Shown here in pieces: positions 1 to 12,749 of a DNA stretch of 35,329 bases. Each line of letters opens with the position of its first letter. Within the stretch, counting starts at the first letter, position 1. Source of the DNA: Bigelowiella natans CCMP2755 (lineage: Eukaryota; Protista; Cercozoa); contig ADNK01002102.1 in assembly GCA_000320545.1 (NCBI GenBank), positions 1 through 35,329 of the forward strand, written 5' to 3'. Under the pieces are notes generated by a model. That model was not told the DNA's origin and did no database searches. It saw only the letters and a program-made list of their open reading frames with translations. The translations under genes and the position numbers were made by a program.

Positions 1-48
1 CCCTCCCTCTCACTCTCTCTCTCTCTCTCTCGCTCTCTCTCTCTCCCC

Positions 49-102
<54 letters not shown>
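1..102. repeat. Compound (CT)n(CA)n(GA)n microsatellite
   Basis: Directly visible; similar compounds at 18802-18884, 25423-25543 and 27853-27927. Confidence 0.9.
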
Positions 103-104
<2 letters not shown>

Positions 105-212
105 AATGGCAGTAAGTAAGGTATTACATCACTTGAAACAGCATGATTCAACAAGTACACCAAATTCGAATAGCACGTGCATAAAGTAACAAGGAGTGAC
201 ATAACGCAACAG

Positions 213-311
213 GTCGACGCAGCCATACATCGCTCGTGAATACGGTACGACCAACCACACAACGAACGTTGTTAAGTGACCGAGTCTGTCTGTGCGTTTG
301 TGTGTATGTGG

Positions 312-362
<51 letters not shown>

Positions 363-704
363 GGAGAGATTCTCCTTAGGAGATCACCATTAGTTAACTA
401 AGAATGGAAGGGGAGAGGCCGAAACCGCATGCAAAATTGCTGTGAACTGCCTTCATCCTCCTCCTATTCCTCCTATTCCTTCTCTCTCCTATTCATTCTA
501 CTCACATACTCACATATCCATCCACCTTACTACTCTCTGAATCGTGATTAGAAATAGACTACTGGGATTTGCCTGTTGTTGTGCTGTTTTATCGCGGCGA
601 AAGGGTGCAAGCCCCCCACAAGAAAGCAGGGTTGTAATCAATCACAAATGGGAGGGAGGGAGGGAGAGAAGGAGGGTCACTGAAGCCAACACGAAGCATA
701 TGAA

Positions 705-748
<44 letters not shown>

Positions 749-947
749 ATGTGTGTGTGTGGTGCGTTGGAATTGGAATTGTCTAGGCAGCCCTTCTCTA
801 TTCTGACTTTGCACTGCTGCTTGTTCATGCACCGCGTTTGTCGTCGTTGACAGGGTCTATGAGCTAAAAGACTGTGACAGATTCACACTCCCTCGCTCAC
901 AGATACGAGCATGGGTATTATTATTTTTTACGCCACCAGTAGTAGTA

Positions 948-984
<37 letters not shown>

Positions 985-3205
985 ACGGTGAGGACAAATG
1001 CTGATGCGTTTATAGAGATCTGTGCTAATGATGATAATGCAATAGCACAAACACATGATGATGATGATAGTGATGGTGATGATAATGAGTACGATGATTA
1101 TATACTGCTCACAATCAGATTAAGCCTGTCGTGGCAGAGGCGGCGAAGGAGCAGAAGGTGTTGTAGAAAGAAGAGAAGTAGAGGCCATATCAGGCGGCAG
1201 CAGCTGTCTTTTGGCTAATGCTCTTAGAGGATGATGTCGTCATTGATACCCGCATTCAGTTGGTTGTCTGCTTCTATGGATATCATCGTGAAACTGACTT
1301 TTATTGTTGTTGTTGATGATGATGATGTTGACGTTGCTGATGATGTTGTTGTTGTTGTTGTTGTTGATGATGATGTTGACGTTGCTGATGATGTTGTTGT
1401 TGTTGTTGTTGTTGATGATGATGATGTTGACGTTGCTGATGATGTTGTTGTTGTTGTTGTTGTTGTTGATGATGATGTTGACGTTGCTGATGATGTTGTT
1501 GTTGTTGTTGTTGTTGATGATGATGTTGACGTTGCTGATGATGTTGTTGTTGTTGTTGATGATGATGATGATGTTGACGTTGCTGATGATGTTGTTGTTG
1601 TTGTTGTTGTTGTTGATGATGATGTTGACGTTGCTGATGTTGTTGTTGTTGTTGTTGGCTGCATGCGTAATAATCATCTTAGTCATTATCATCATCTTCA
1701 TCACTGTCTTTGTCATCGTCACCACTGTAATGATCCTTATATATTTTAAAATTCCCTCTGTTTCTCCCCCCTCCCTCCCTCGTCCCCCCTCCAGAAAGAG
1801 GACACGGAATGGCTGAGGGGGAGAGCAAAGAGAAAGACCCGCTTCTTCCAAAGGATGCAGGTGCTGTGGCCGAACTACCATCATACGCATACATGTTATC
1901 GCTGGCGATCGTGATAATAGAGTTATTGTAATCTTTGATCGTTGCCGTCATCATATCGTTGTCTTTGGTGCGATACTCACAATTCTAGCGATCATCCGAA
2001 TCCAGCATCGGTCGTGAGATTTTGATAAAAGAGGAGGACGAACGCCTCAAAAGGAACAAGGCAATCCTCCCCTTCCTCCCCTCCTCGTTTGCTGTATTAA
2101 AATAGCATCGGTTCCAATTTTCTGTTCTCTCTATTATGCATACACGTGTAAGAGTAAGAAGAGAGTTATATTGCACCATGCAATATGTGCCCAAAGGCAT
2201 AGCTCTCCTAGTCTTCTCTTCCTATAGGTAGGATATGTGAGGTGTGAATTTTGGTCGTGTCAGGATCGATATTCGATGTCTTCCACAGCTTCTCAAGGGG
2301 AGGATGGCAATCCAACCAATCTGTTTGAGGTCTTCGCCATCATCATCATCATCATCATCATCAATATCGTAATCCTAGAAAAAGAGTAAGTAGAGACAAA
2401 TTTGGCAGCTAGTAATAATAAAGCATTATTATTGTTATCCTCAATATTATCATCACTATTTCCACAGCAAAAAGCAGCAATATGTAGTGTACTAACAACA
2501 GCCAGAACTACTAAACATACAAGCCCTCACCACCACCACCACCACCACCACCATCATCACTATATCTCGATCCTGCGTGTTCTATGGAGGAACTAACTAA
2601 CTAACGATCGAATGAAATAACTAACTAGGATATAGAGCCCTTCGATTCGGACTATACAAAACGGTACAACTACGAGCGACTGCGAGCACCTTGGAGCGAC
2701 TCGGAGGCCATGCGAGACTACCCGAAACGCTTTGTGAAGGAGAAAACGGACGCCTTCAAAGAGGAATCTGATAAAGAAAGAGCCCTCCAGACGTTCGGAT
2801 GGGACCAAGGTGAGTACGACAAGCTGCCCGCCCCCCCAAAGCAGCCCAAGCCGGAAAGGAAGATGTGGGAAACCAAGCGCTTGAAGTGGGCGTCGAAGGA
2901 CAGGGAGACGGAGGAAGACGATGATGACGATGAACAATACGGGGTGTTCAAATAAGAATAATAATAATTATTATTATTATTATTATTATTGCTATTAATT
3001 ATTGGTAGTTGATAGCTAGTGGGGAATGAGAAACCAGACGGGGCGAGAGGAGGAGGGGTAGGAGAAAGAGGGCGGGGAGAAGAAGGAGGAGAAGGAGGAG
3101 GGAGACCATAAGTATCAATCGGGTTAGAATTTCCGTCGTCGCCCTCTTATAATCTCCACCGCGTATTAGCTTGCCCGCCCGGCTGCTTTTACAGGATTGT
3201 GACTT

Positions 3206-3237
<32 letters not shown>

Positions 3238-4689
3238 TTACTAATCTACCTCCTAATCTACCTTACTTATGTTGTCTCCCAATCAGTATTACCATTGCAC
3301 CACCACCACCACCACCACCACTATCATCATTAATCATGAGTGTCATCATCATCATCATCATCATCATCATCACTGCTATAATTGCTAGGAGGATCCCTTG
3401 TACCGTGACGCTTCCGTGCACGCAAACATCGTCCGAAGCAGGAAGTCAGATTTCGCAAAGCCACTGGAGGGGGAAGAGGGATTCGCTGACAACGAGCTGG
3501 TGAACGACATCTTGGCTGATGATAGTAGGGATAAGGACGCTCTCAAGCCGTATGACCCGGAGGAGGACTCAGGTCGGTCGGCATCTTAACCTTAACCCAA
3601 CAAGCAAATAACTAGCACGTAGTATTTATCACGATGGGTTTTTGACCACAAGTGTCTGCTGCTACGACCTAGTTTTGTCGTCATCATCTTTCGAGTGACT
3701 CGCTCCTCGGTTGATTGCACTATGTATAAGCGTATATGCGATGTCTGCGTTTGGACGATGGTCTCATAACCGACCGACCGACCGACCGACCGACCACGAT
3801 TCTTTCTAAAGCGCCTCTGTGTACCGCAAGTTAGGAATGATTCGATGCCTTCGAGGACTCATGAAAGTTTATATCTGTGAACTCGTATTGTTGTTGTTGT
3901 TGTTGTTTCTGTTGTTCGATTCAGATCCTGATATAGCTGCCGCGGCGAGGGAAAGAAGACGGCAAATACAAACACAGATGAAGGCCAACGCAGATGCCGG
4001 ATACTCCCCGGACGGCAGGCATCAGCTAAACAACCAGGTAATCACTGCATTCTGTGGGAATTTGCTAATTGTATTCGGGCGAATAGTTGAAGTAACTATC
4101 ACCAGAAGTTGTCTACTAGTTGTCCTGTATGAGCGTGTGTATGTTGTATGCTCTGCCCCGTAGGACTACGAAGTCACAAGCAAAGGCCAATTCGACAAGT
4201 AGTAGCAGTAGTAATAGTAGTAGTAGTAATAGTCGCTACACTGATTTGTTCTCGGTATTGTTATAATACGTGGAGCTACCTCTGCACGAGCCAGTTTTGA
4301 GAAACTAAGAACACTTGGCGGATTTAAAGCGCCATTGGCGATTCTTAGTTGTAGATCGTCAAGATTGATGCTTCCGAGTTTTTCCCAATGATTTTTGAAA
4401 GAACGATCTCGTTGTTATAGGTTTCGCCTAGTGAACTACGAGAAATTTCTCCTATTCCCCCTCCCCCTCCTCTTTCATGTCTGGTCCAAATACGAAACGG
4501 AGGACTTCTATAAATAATCATTGCCTTACCACCTTTACCGGCAGAACGAATGGAGCGATGAGAGAACTTGATCCGAGAGTTGACGGCCTGACAGACGACT
4601 TTGATTCCGACATTGCGAGTGCTGTCAATAAACCTAGATTTGAATACGAGCTACTTCGAATGTTCCGTGAAGAAGAAGACACCTGGTAG
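213..4689 (+). CDS. 5'-partial multi-exon gene: thioredoxin-fold C-terminal half followed by a long charged/acidic tail
   Basis: Phase-consistent exons 213-244, 558-630, 854-914, 1119-1157, 1795-1860, 1989-2060, 2264(or 2228)-2329, 2629-2943, 3389-3572, 3925-4037, 4164-4198, 4545-4689. Spliced start reads STQPYIAREYDYWDLPVVVLFYRGERVQ, matching the thioredoxin-fold pattern 'P..A.EY.....LPT..LF..GE.V'. Any CxxC would lie upstream of the window. Ends ...MFREEEDTW*. Confidence 0.65.
705..760. repeat. (TA)n(TG)n microsatellite, intronic
   Basis: Directly visible; same arrangement at 35212-35280. Confidence 0.9.
1305..1657. repeat. Compound minisatellite: about 8 units of (GTT)n(GAT)nGTTGACGTTGCT(GAT)n, intronic
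   Basis: Invariant core GTTGACGTTGCTGAT recurs about every 45-48 nt with variable triplet counts; lies inside intron 1158-1794. Confidence 0.92.
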
Positions 4690-5510
4690 TTGATGGAAGG
4701 CGTCTAGAAGATTGATAGCAATAACTTCTGCCACATACCAACTAGCATAAAAGTTACCGACTTGTTAGCATACGAGTGGATCCAAGGCCAAGGCAGTGTA
4801 AGCTAATTTTAGTAATATTGATGTTAAGCATTGCAGCCAAATAACATAGCCGCAGCTTGCGTATCATGTACCGTAGCGTAGGCTAATCAGTGTGCAATAT
4901 GCTGCTCCAATTAATGTTCGTGTACTCAAACGTCAAATCATGGTCACGTAGCCGCTAATACTAGAATAAACAACAATTATACACACATGTACATGTATAT
5001 GCAAGACATGGATCATCTGCTTCAATGCGAAGCACACAAACACCAACAGCGCACATTGTGTAATCACTTGAAAGCCATCATGGAACGCAACACTGAAACG
5101 AAAATGCTCACTCAACCTGAAAAAGAAGCACGGGACATCGTGTGTGCTGCACGACACAGACGACATGATGCACATACTTTCACATGCATGACAATAGACA
5201 TACGTATATATAACATATGTAACATATATATTATATACTGTGTCTATAGATCATGAAACACATCATAGTGGAGACAAACCGACACAACTAGACAACATCA
5301 GCGCTGTAGCCGCTGCTTTGCATAGCTACATCAGGATGACCATTGAAAAGATTTAATCAATTCATTACATCTGTCTCATGTATGCAACATCATGCATACT
5401 GCTGTGTGCATTGGCTGATTTAGATATATCTCGGATACTGGACATGGCGGCAACGGGCGACACGCTCTAGTCGTATCGCATGTGAGATGTATGATACATG
5501 CTCATATATG
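4690..5510. other. Convergent intergenic spacer 1 with alternating purine-pyrimidine/palindrome block
   Basis: Lies between two stop codons. Example tatacacacatgtacatgtatatgca (4978-5003); dense CATG/TGCA/AGCT. Confidence 0.75.
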
Positions 5511-7194
5511 TTACTTATGGCCTTTATTTTCCCCGCTCGAATCAAAATGTCGCTGCTGGCTTTCGTCCTCGAGAGGTATATCGCCGCTAAATTCACTATC
5601 ATCATCGTCATCTTCTGCTTCCTCATCAACATCTATTGTGAAATTATCCAGCTTCGGCATTCGCGTAGTTTCTGCATCCAAATAACTGACAATTGCGAAA
5701 TATAGCCAACCCATCGCAAAAAACGTGAATAAATATATGCAATACCATCGGCAAATAAGATTACAATGAAAAAGGTAAGGTTCAGAGCTACCATAGTCCA
5801 GATCGAGTCTCAGTATTGCCTAAACATGTTATTAGAACATTATCCCCAGATATTACATTCTGCACCTCTCCTCTCATCAAACCTGCGTTATCGAGTGAGA
5901 TAATCTCAAGAATTTCTTCACTCGAATCTTCGCCTTCCTTCCCTACATTCCCTTCAGTGGTCTTGCTTTCAAGATCATCGTTTGATGAAGGCCTCGATGC
6001 ATTACTTATTTTCTGCTCCTTCTCTCCTCCGATGGCAGCCTTGGGGTTTTCACCCTTATGTTCTATTACCTTCTTTGAAATGCCGCTACTTATCTCATCG
6101 CGACTACGACGAGCGCACACTTGGCCGGGCAGATTTGTTTGGAGAAGATTTCCAGAAATTTCCTTTGAGACGAAAGCTTTAGGTTCAGAATTTATTCGCC
6201 TCGCCGCCACAGTGGATGCTGTACTGGAGGACGGTAATAATGACGGTACAGCAGCTTTCAAAGAATACGACGTTGTGGTGCTGCTGGAGGATGTTTGCTG
6301 GCCCTGGAAAGTAAGGAATAAACAGCAATCGATTGTAGAAACGAATAGGACAGCATCAAAATAGTTCTACCACCTCCTTCGCCTTTTTTTCTTCTCTAAG
6401 ACCTAATAGCCATGGCTTGGAGACTCCTGGCCTTTTAGTGGCAAATGTCGACCGCTGCTGGGGTGTTCGTTTTGAGTCGCAGTTCGCCTGGCTTTTCTCT
6501 GCTACTGTCTCACGCGAGACAACAGCTAATTCGCGGGCCATGTTTTTACGATATTTCTGCTGTTGCTCGGGAGCAGAATATAGATCTTGGCTGGGGGGTA
6601 AGCAAAGCTGTGCCACGTCTTCAAATAATGCAAGGTCCGGACTAATGACAACGAATGAGCACATGGAGTGATTCACGTAGGGCGCTCTACTTGCGATACT
6701 GTGCTTTACCTTCCGGATATGTGGCTTATGCAATCACTGGATGTATCTATATCAAGTAAAGCGACACGTAGTCCTTCTTCTCGTCCACAAAAACACCATC
6801 TTTAGTCACGGAGCAGGCAGAGGAAGAAAGAATGAAGCAGTAACCTAAGGTTTGCTGTGGTTGCTTTCCCAATCTGGCCATCGCTTTATCAACCTTCACA
6901 TCGAATCGAGATCTTAATTTTTTAGTTAGTCCTTAATCATGGATGGAGTATGAACTGTTCATGTTACCAAACTATCGCAGAATTCGATGTGCTCCTACAC
7001 AAAGAGACATCACCAAAAAGACTCAGATGAGACAACAACTGCCCAATTGAGCCTTCTTTCTCAACCCTAGCCTCTCCCATCCCACATAATAGCAAATATT
7101 TTCCGACAACATCTATGTGGGGCTTAGCAGCTGCTGTAGCGCTATTGCATACTTTGGAAGCAACTTTTGCGTTGGGGGGGCGGGAAGCTGCCAT
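5511..7194 (-). CDS. Hypothetical protein, about 6 exons; weak RRM-like N-terminus, low-complexity middle, acidic C-terminus
   Basis: Minus-strand ORFs 6964-7194, 6356-6733, 5788-6261 and 5511-5714 join through short GT-AG introns (e.g. KAKE|GQQTSS, RSGLC|YLDAETTRMPKLDNF). The 5' junctions are less certain. Confidence 0.55.
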
Positions 7195-7410
7195 CGTATT
7201 CCGCGTTGCCCTTAGATAATGATATCCCCGAAATGGTGTCCTTTTTGATGGAGAGACATGCTAAATTACATGTCGTACGACACGAAATAAGTAATAAGAT
7301 CCTGCCTTCTACATCTTGACGTGCCGACCAAATACTGGCAATAAAAAACATGGTAATTCCACCGAGCGACAAGTCATTCTACCTTTGACGACTCAAAATT
7401 GGAGGGGGTG
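7195..7410. promoter_or_regulatory. Putative compact bidirectional promoter (hypothetical gene / GST)
   Basis: About 216 nt between divergent predicted start codons. The minus-strand start is uncertain. Confidence 0.45.
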
Positions 7411-9206
7411 ATGATGCACTGCCGACGTCTATGGCCGATACTCGCCCCTCCACGACGTGCAGTCCTTGCTCGCCGATCCCTGGTGTGGCGGCAGTATCCT
7501 CGTTTGGCTTTTTCCAGTGATGGTGAGAGAGAAACGTTGGAAATAGTGTCACCTCCTCGTGTCTAGAACCTTCACATGAACCGTGCTAAATGGTTTCAAT
7601 CCTGTCTGTGACTGCTTTCATGATCGATCAGCAAATTCAGCACTTAGTTGGAGCGAACTGGAATGTTTGTTACAAACAAAGGGAGGAGCAAGATTTCCTC
7701 CAAAGGATAGAGTTAATGGACCGACGAATTCGCAAGCCACGCTGAGGTTGTTCGGAAAGAATGAGCGAGAAGTTCGCGTCATTTTCTTCAGGGATAAGCA
7801 TGCATGGTGCCCATATTGTCAGAAGGTACACTATTTTTAATATTATAGCTAGTACGAATGTTTGAAACCCTAATCGTAGTGGTCACTTCTCAGACCACGT
7901 ATATACAATGCAGACTTGCAAGCTCTCACTCACTCGATAATGATCAATATTATTTCCCATATCACAATTATTACCTTTTACATCTGCAACTCCATATACA
8001 CATTGTACATAGATCTGGATATGGCTGGAGGAAATGGAAATTCCATATAAAGTCGATAAGGTTAGCCATGCTAACTAGATTCGATCTTTACTTACGCCCG
8101 ATCATGAATTGAAACAGGTCACCATGTTCTGCTATGGAGAGAAGGAGGATTGGTATCTCGACAAAGTTTCAAGCGGAATGCTTCCTGCAGTGGAAATAGA
8201 TGGAGAAGTACTTACCGAATCGGATGTCATCCTCGAGGCATTAGAGAGTAAATTCGGGATGCTCCATCGTGGAATGACGGATCCAGCCGTTTTGCATTGC
8301 CGTAAGCTTGAAAGGATTCTCTTTCGTGCGTGGTGTAAGTGGCTATGTTCCCCGTTATCGGTACACGACTCTGAGGATCAGCACAGCCTGCAACAATTCG
8401 AAAAGGCTATCGCTACAGTAGAGTCGAAGATTTCGGAAACCTCAGGGCCTTATATGCTTGAGGAATTCTCCACAGCGGATGTAATCTTTGCGCCATATAT
8501 TGAGAGAATGAATGCCTCTTTATATTACTACAAGGGATATACGATACGCGACCCCGAGACACGACCGAAAATTGCTTCTTGGTTTGATGCAATGGAGGTA
8601 CTTTCTTTTTTTATGCATATGATGCCGTAGCAAGTGTGATTCTCGATATTCTAAATCTCTGTTTTTCTATTTCCTGTCTAACATAAGAAGCGAACCGCGT
8701 ACAGAGGCACTCAAAGTGATGTACATACACACGTTCATGACCTCCCTCCGCAGATGGGCGGTTGCTACAGTAACACATTATGTGAGACAATAGCGAATCA
8801 GAAAAAGGTTGATACCGGTCCTTGGGACATGCATCTACCCGATGTTGGATATGTGGAGGACTTCGAATATTCCAGGGTTGACGCCGTACATAGGGTCATC
8901 AGACATAGGCATAGTATTTTAGCCGCAAATCCTTATGGTCGCGAAATAACTGACATTGCTCTTCGTTCTACACTGACGACCATGCTCAGCGGTAAAAAGT
9001 GTAGCATCCCACTTGGAAGCAACACAGATCGAGCTCTTAGGTATATTCGAGATCGGATCAGCGTTCCTAGAGACATGTCGGTGCACGCAGCACGAGAACT
9101 TCGAACAGCTTTGGAAAAAACCGCTTCTGCTATAGGAACTAAGGCAGGGCCCTCAATTCCTGTGAGTCATCGACGAGATCAAAATCCAACTTTGTTTCAG
9201 TCGTAG
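7411..9206 (+). CDS. Cys-type glutathione S-transferase, Iota class (cyanobacterial/algal CPYC type), about 450 aa, with Arg-rich N-terminal presequence
   Basis: Exons 7411-7522, 7632-7825, 8013-8060, 8118-8597, 8688-9206, all in phase. Motifs [94 protein letters not shown] and [11 protein letters not shown] are recognisable from the ~400-aa cyanobacterial GST (GSTI) family. Confidence 0.92.
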
Positions 9207-9893
9207 TCGTAGCGTTTGTAGTAATTGAAGCTAAATTCAATTCTGACCGCTCTTCAGCACTAGCTTTAAAAAAAATGGCTTCATATCCATCGCTGCTGCG
9301 CCTGTGTGGCCGCTTATGCTGTGATGCAATACATGTATAGCACATCTTAAAGCGCCTGACGGCGTAGGCCGAGGTATGTAAGCAGACGGATGTAATTAAT
9401 CAATTAAATTTGTTAAATGTCGTCCTTATGTAGCTATATAATGCAGCGGCTATAGCGCTAATGTTGAATCTGTTGGTTTCCGCTATGTTATGTTTCATGC
9501 ACGTACAAGCTTTATTAGAGCTAAAGCGCATGCAAAATCATAGCGCTGGAGCGTGCTAGCGTGCTAGCGTGTGAGGCCAAAATGCAATTATATGTAGCTA
9601 TTCATAAATTTTAAATTATACCCTTTGTCGAGATTTAAGATTGTATTTGGATTTGGGCAATTGCATGTTTAAATGTACAAAACGCATATCTGTGAATGTT
9701 CACACGGCACGATAGGCTGCGCTGAAGCTACGTAGATTTGTACTACGACGCGTGACATGCAATCGCAATTATTCAGAAGCTTTGAACGGGTGATAATTAT
9801 GACAAGATACGCAGCTTAGTTATGGATATCATTGTAATTCTAATTTCGATGTTAAAGTTGTTTCTCCGATTAATTCAATTCGTATTTAATCTA
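9207..9893. other. Convergent intergenic spacer 2 with RY/palindrome block
   Basis: Examples catgcacgtaca (about 9496), gcgtgctagcgtgctagcgtgtg (9551-9573), gctatagcgcta. Confidence 0.7.
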
Positions 9894-10907
9894 TCAATCA
9901 CGTAAACTGTATCCTCCTCGACCTGCGAATGTTCTGGGTGGTCGATTATCAAACATGCGGTAGATAAAATTTGGAGTCCAGATAATTTGACGTCCATACA
10001 CCTACAGGGATAATGTAACTCAGCTGTGCTCTATGTAAATGGATTCGGCAAAAGATTGGGGTTTAAATTCAAGTTTTCGACTTCCCATTCACAATAGCTG
10101 ACCTGAGGAACGATTTCCGTAAGGAAATGCCACAAATGTCCAACCATAATACCAAAGAGGTCCAATATTGGGTTGCTTTTCATGAGCACTGCCATTAAAA
10201 GCATGACGAATGGTACGTGCCACTGTTTGATTCTGAAACCCCTGAAATGGAAAAATTTGTGATTTCTGAACAGCAGCAGAACAATTTCTGGTTACCAGAA
10301 GCTAACGTGATTCATCGCGTCACTTCGACTCCAATTGTATAGCACCATGAATGATAGTGAGGGTCCAAGATAGAAGACCGGCACGAAGTAAGCTAATACC
10401 TATGCGGTTTCAATGTCACGACATCTTCTGGCCTTGATGGATAATATGATGTACCAGCAGGCAAATAGCTCCAAATAAAAGGAACGTAACCATTTCCGCT
10501 GTTTTCCCAGGTTCCGAAGGTTTGTAACTTGCTGTCTCAACGAGATTTAGATATCTTCCCCTGTAAAGAACTAAAGTCAGTACCTCGTCGGGCTGCTTTC
10601 GAGCAGTTTCACTTACAGAATAAAGAACTGGAAGAGAACTGGCATTCCAAATTTTCCAAAAAATAGGAAGCTGGTTACTAGTCTCCATATCTGAGAGAAA
10701 TTCAAGAGTGTTCAACGAGTAATTGTTACGGTTAAAATGGGGAGATACCTGTGGCCATTTTGAAAAAATTAGCCCGTAGTTTAATATAATCATCTGTATC
10801 TTCACGATTCCCAGATATTCAGCCATAGTAAGACCGACCGCCGCACAAAGATACGTCTTGGTGACGGGGGGGAGAGAGCGAAAGTATTCCTCCGGGCTCA
10901 TCGACAT
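9894..10907 (-). CDS. DER1: Derlin (Der1-like ERAD rhomboid pseudoprotease), 229 aa
   Basis: Exons 10907-10749, 10690-10617, 10560-10455, 10399-10296, 10241-10103, 10001-9894. Motifs YFRSLPPVTKTY, QIWRLVTSFLFFG, LGPSLSFMVLYNWSR, GIMVGHLWHFL and a C-terminal SHP-like FAGRGGYSL. Confidence 0.93.
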
Positions 10908-11477
10908 GGTGCGCAGAGAAGGAAGGTTGACCAGAGGTTCTATCGCGACTCACTATGACTTTTGGAAGCCTCGGAGACCCTCGAGATACGACAATTAGAA
11001 ATAAATTTACATCGCTTCTAAAGGATGCTCCTTTCATGCGACAACCTCATATGTCCTAAGACATTTAAAGACAGCAACAACATGAAAACTTTTCCGAAGA
11101 AATATTTCCAATCACCAATAAATCGCGAAATTTGGCGCCAAGGCCTTCTTTGATGACTGAAGGCCAGAACCGGTAGTGCTCGGGTATCTCGTTCTATACC
11201 AGAAATCAAGGAGAATTCAATTGAAAGTTGGCCTAAAAATTCATCTTTAAATTGACGTATCAAAATATGTATTAGATAGTTAAAGTCACGATTTTTATCT
11301 TCTGCGACTGAGAATGCAACGTCTAAAAAGACATAATTACAATAAACGAAAGTTGAAACGAGACAATTCTATATCTCTTTCTAAATGAGTTCCGGAAGGG
11401 TGTCTAATTGTGCAACCTTTTCACACGAGTAGCCGAAGCGCCAGCACTCACCTCACCTTTCATCTGCTACCATATCT
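10908..11477. promoter_or_regulatory. Putative bidirectional promoter (Derlin / SCC3)
   Basis: 570 nt between divergent ATGs; AT-rich with A/T tracts; no microsatellites or RY block. Confidence 0.55.
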
Positions 11478-12700
11478 ATGAAAACCCGTAATCGCAAAAG
11501 AACTCGTACTAGAAAGGAACAAGACATTGGGTTAGCTCAAATTCTCGCCCAGATAGATGTGTGGATAATTTATTCTCTAAATTCAGGTCCTACGAAAGTC
11601 AGACCGAGAGCCAGACGGATGGTTCCAATGTTCCTTGGGTTGTTATTATTTCAATGTTCCGGGCTTCGTTCTAAGAACATTATATATTTTCAAGGTTAAG
11701 AAAAAGAAATCATCGCGCAAACAGACGAAAAAGATCGTGGCTCGAAGTACAACATCTCAGCAACGAGATTTTGTGAGCAGTTTGGAGAACAAAGAATCTA
11801 ATCTCTACAGTACTTCCAAAACGATTTATTAAAACCCTAGAAGAAGTAGTAACTTACCCTTTACTTATGTACAGAATCTGTATCGAACCCGAAGTCTGCA
11901 CTGAAACAAATCGTTAAGGGTGTTGTGAACCGACTTCGCAAGTCAGAAAGTCGATGTCTCACAGAGCTCACAAACTTCCTTGTACAGGTCATCCCCGAAA
12001 AAATAGCGTTTAAGCTGATGTTCGATATTGATATCGAGCCCTTTGATTAAAATCCTCGAAGACTAAAGCTGTATTCCCATTCACAGACATCTGGGTCTTT
12101 GAAGCATCTCACTCTGGACGACGTGATGGAAGGGGACAAGGAAGAGTTAAGAGATGATCTTACTAACTCTTATGACGTTCCAAAGAATGAATATCCTCTC
12201 GGACCGGCGAAAGGAGCAAAGAAGAAAGTAGTTAAAAAACTTACACAAAGGATTAAAGATTTCTGGCAAAAATTGGTTGCTGCACTCGGAGACTCGGAGG
12301 AGTTAGAGACTGTGGTCTCGCATTGTGTCGAATGGCTCAAAGAGCTCAGCAAGTATTCATATCAAAAATTGGTTTGCGAGATCTTCCAGAATTTCTTATA
12401 TGAGTACTCCACTTAGGTCTGGGCAAGAGGCATTTCGCTATTCGTCTGCAGCTAATGCATATTGGATTGTGGATGCGCTTGTCAAAGTTGCGGTTGATAC
12501 TGAAGAAGAAATGCAGAAAAAAACAAAGCAACTTGAGTCAAAGAAAAATAAAAAAACTGCTGTTGCCTTGTCCAATGATATTGGAGAATTAGAAGAGGCG
12601 ATAGGCAAACTTCAAGAGTTAATGAATGCTGCATTCAATGGGTAACCGTTTTCACTACATTTTTACACCTCTCTCTCGCTCTCGCTCTGTCTGTATGTTT

Positions 12701-12749
<49 letters not shown>

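Noticed and set aside
1305-1657. CRISPR-like repeat-spacer periodicity
   Set aside because: The 'spacers' are just (GTT)n/(GAT)n; the context is eukaryotic and there are no cas genes.
1224-1890. Four overlapping 146-216 aa ORFs (poly-T/S, V/D, N/I, L/M)
   Set aside because: Products of the triplet minisatellite inside a phase-consistent intron.
4295-4500. Extra exons in the last intron of gene 1 (FEKLRTLGGFKAPL...)
   Set aside because: No consistent GT donor or phase; exon 4164-4198 joins 4545 directly in frame. Alternative use is not excluded.
9894-10907. Derlin as a symbiont-specific (SELMA-type) plastid import component
   Set aside because: It starts directly with the Derlin domain and has no bipartite leader, so it is the ordinary host ERAD copy.
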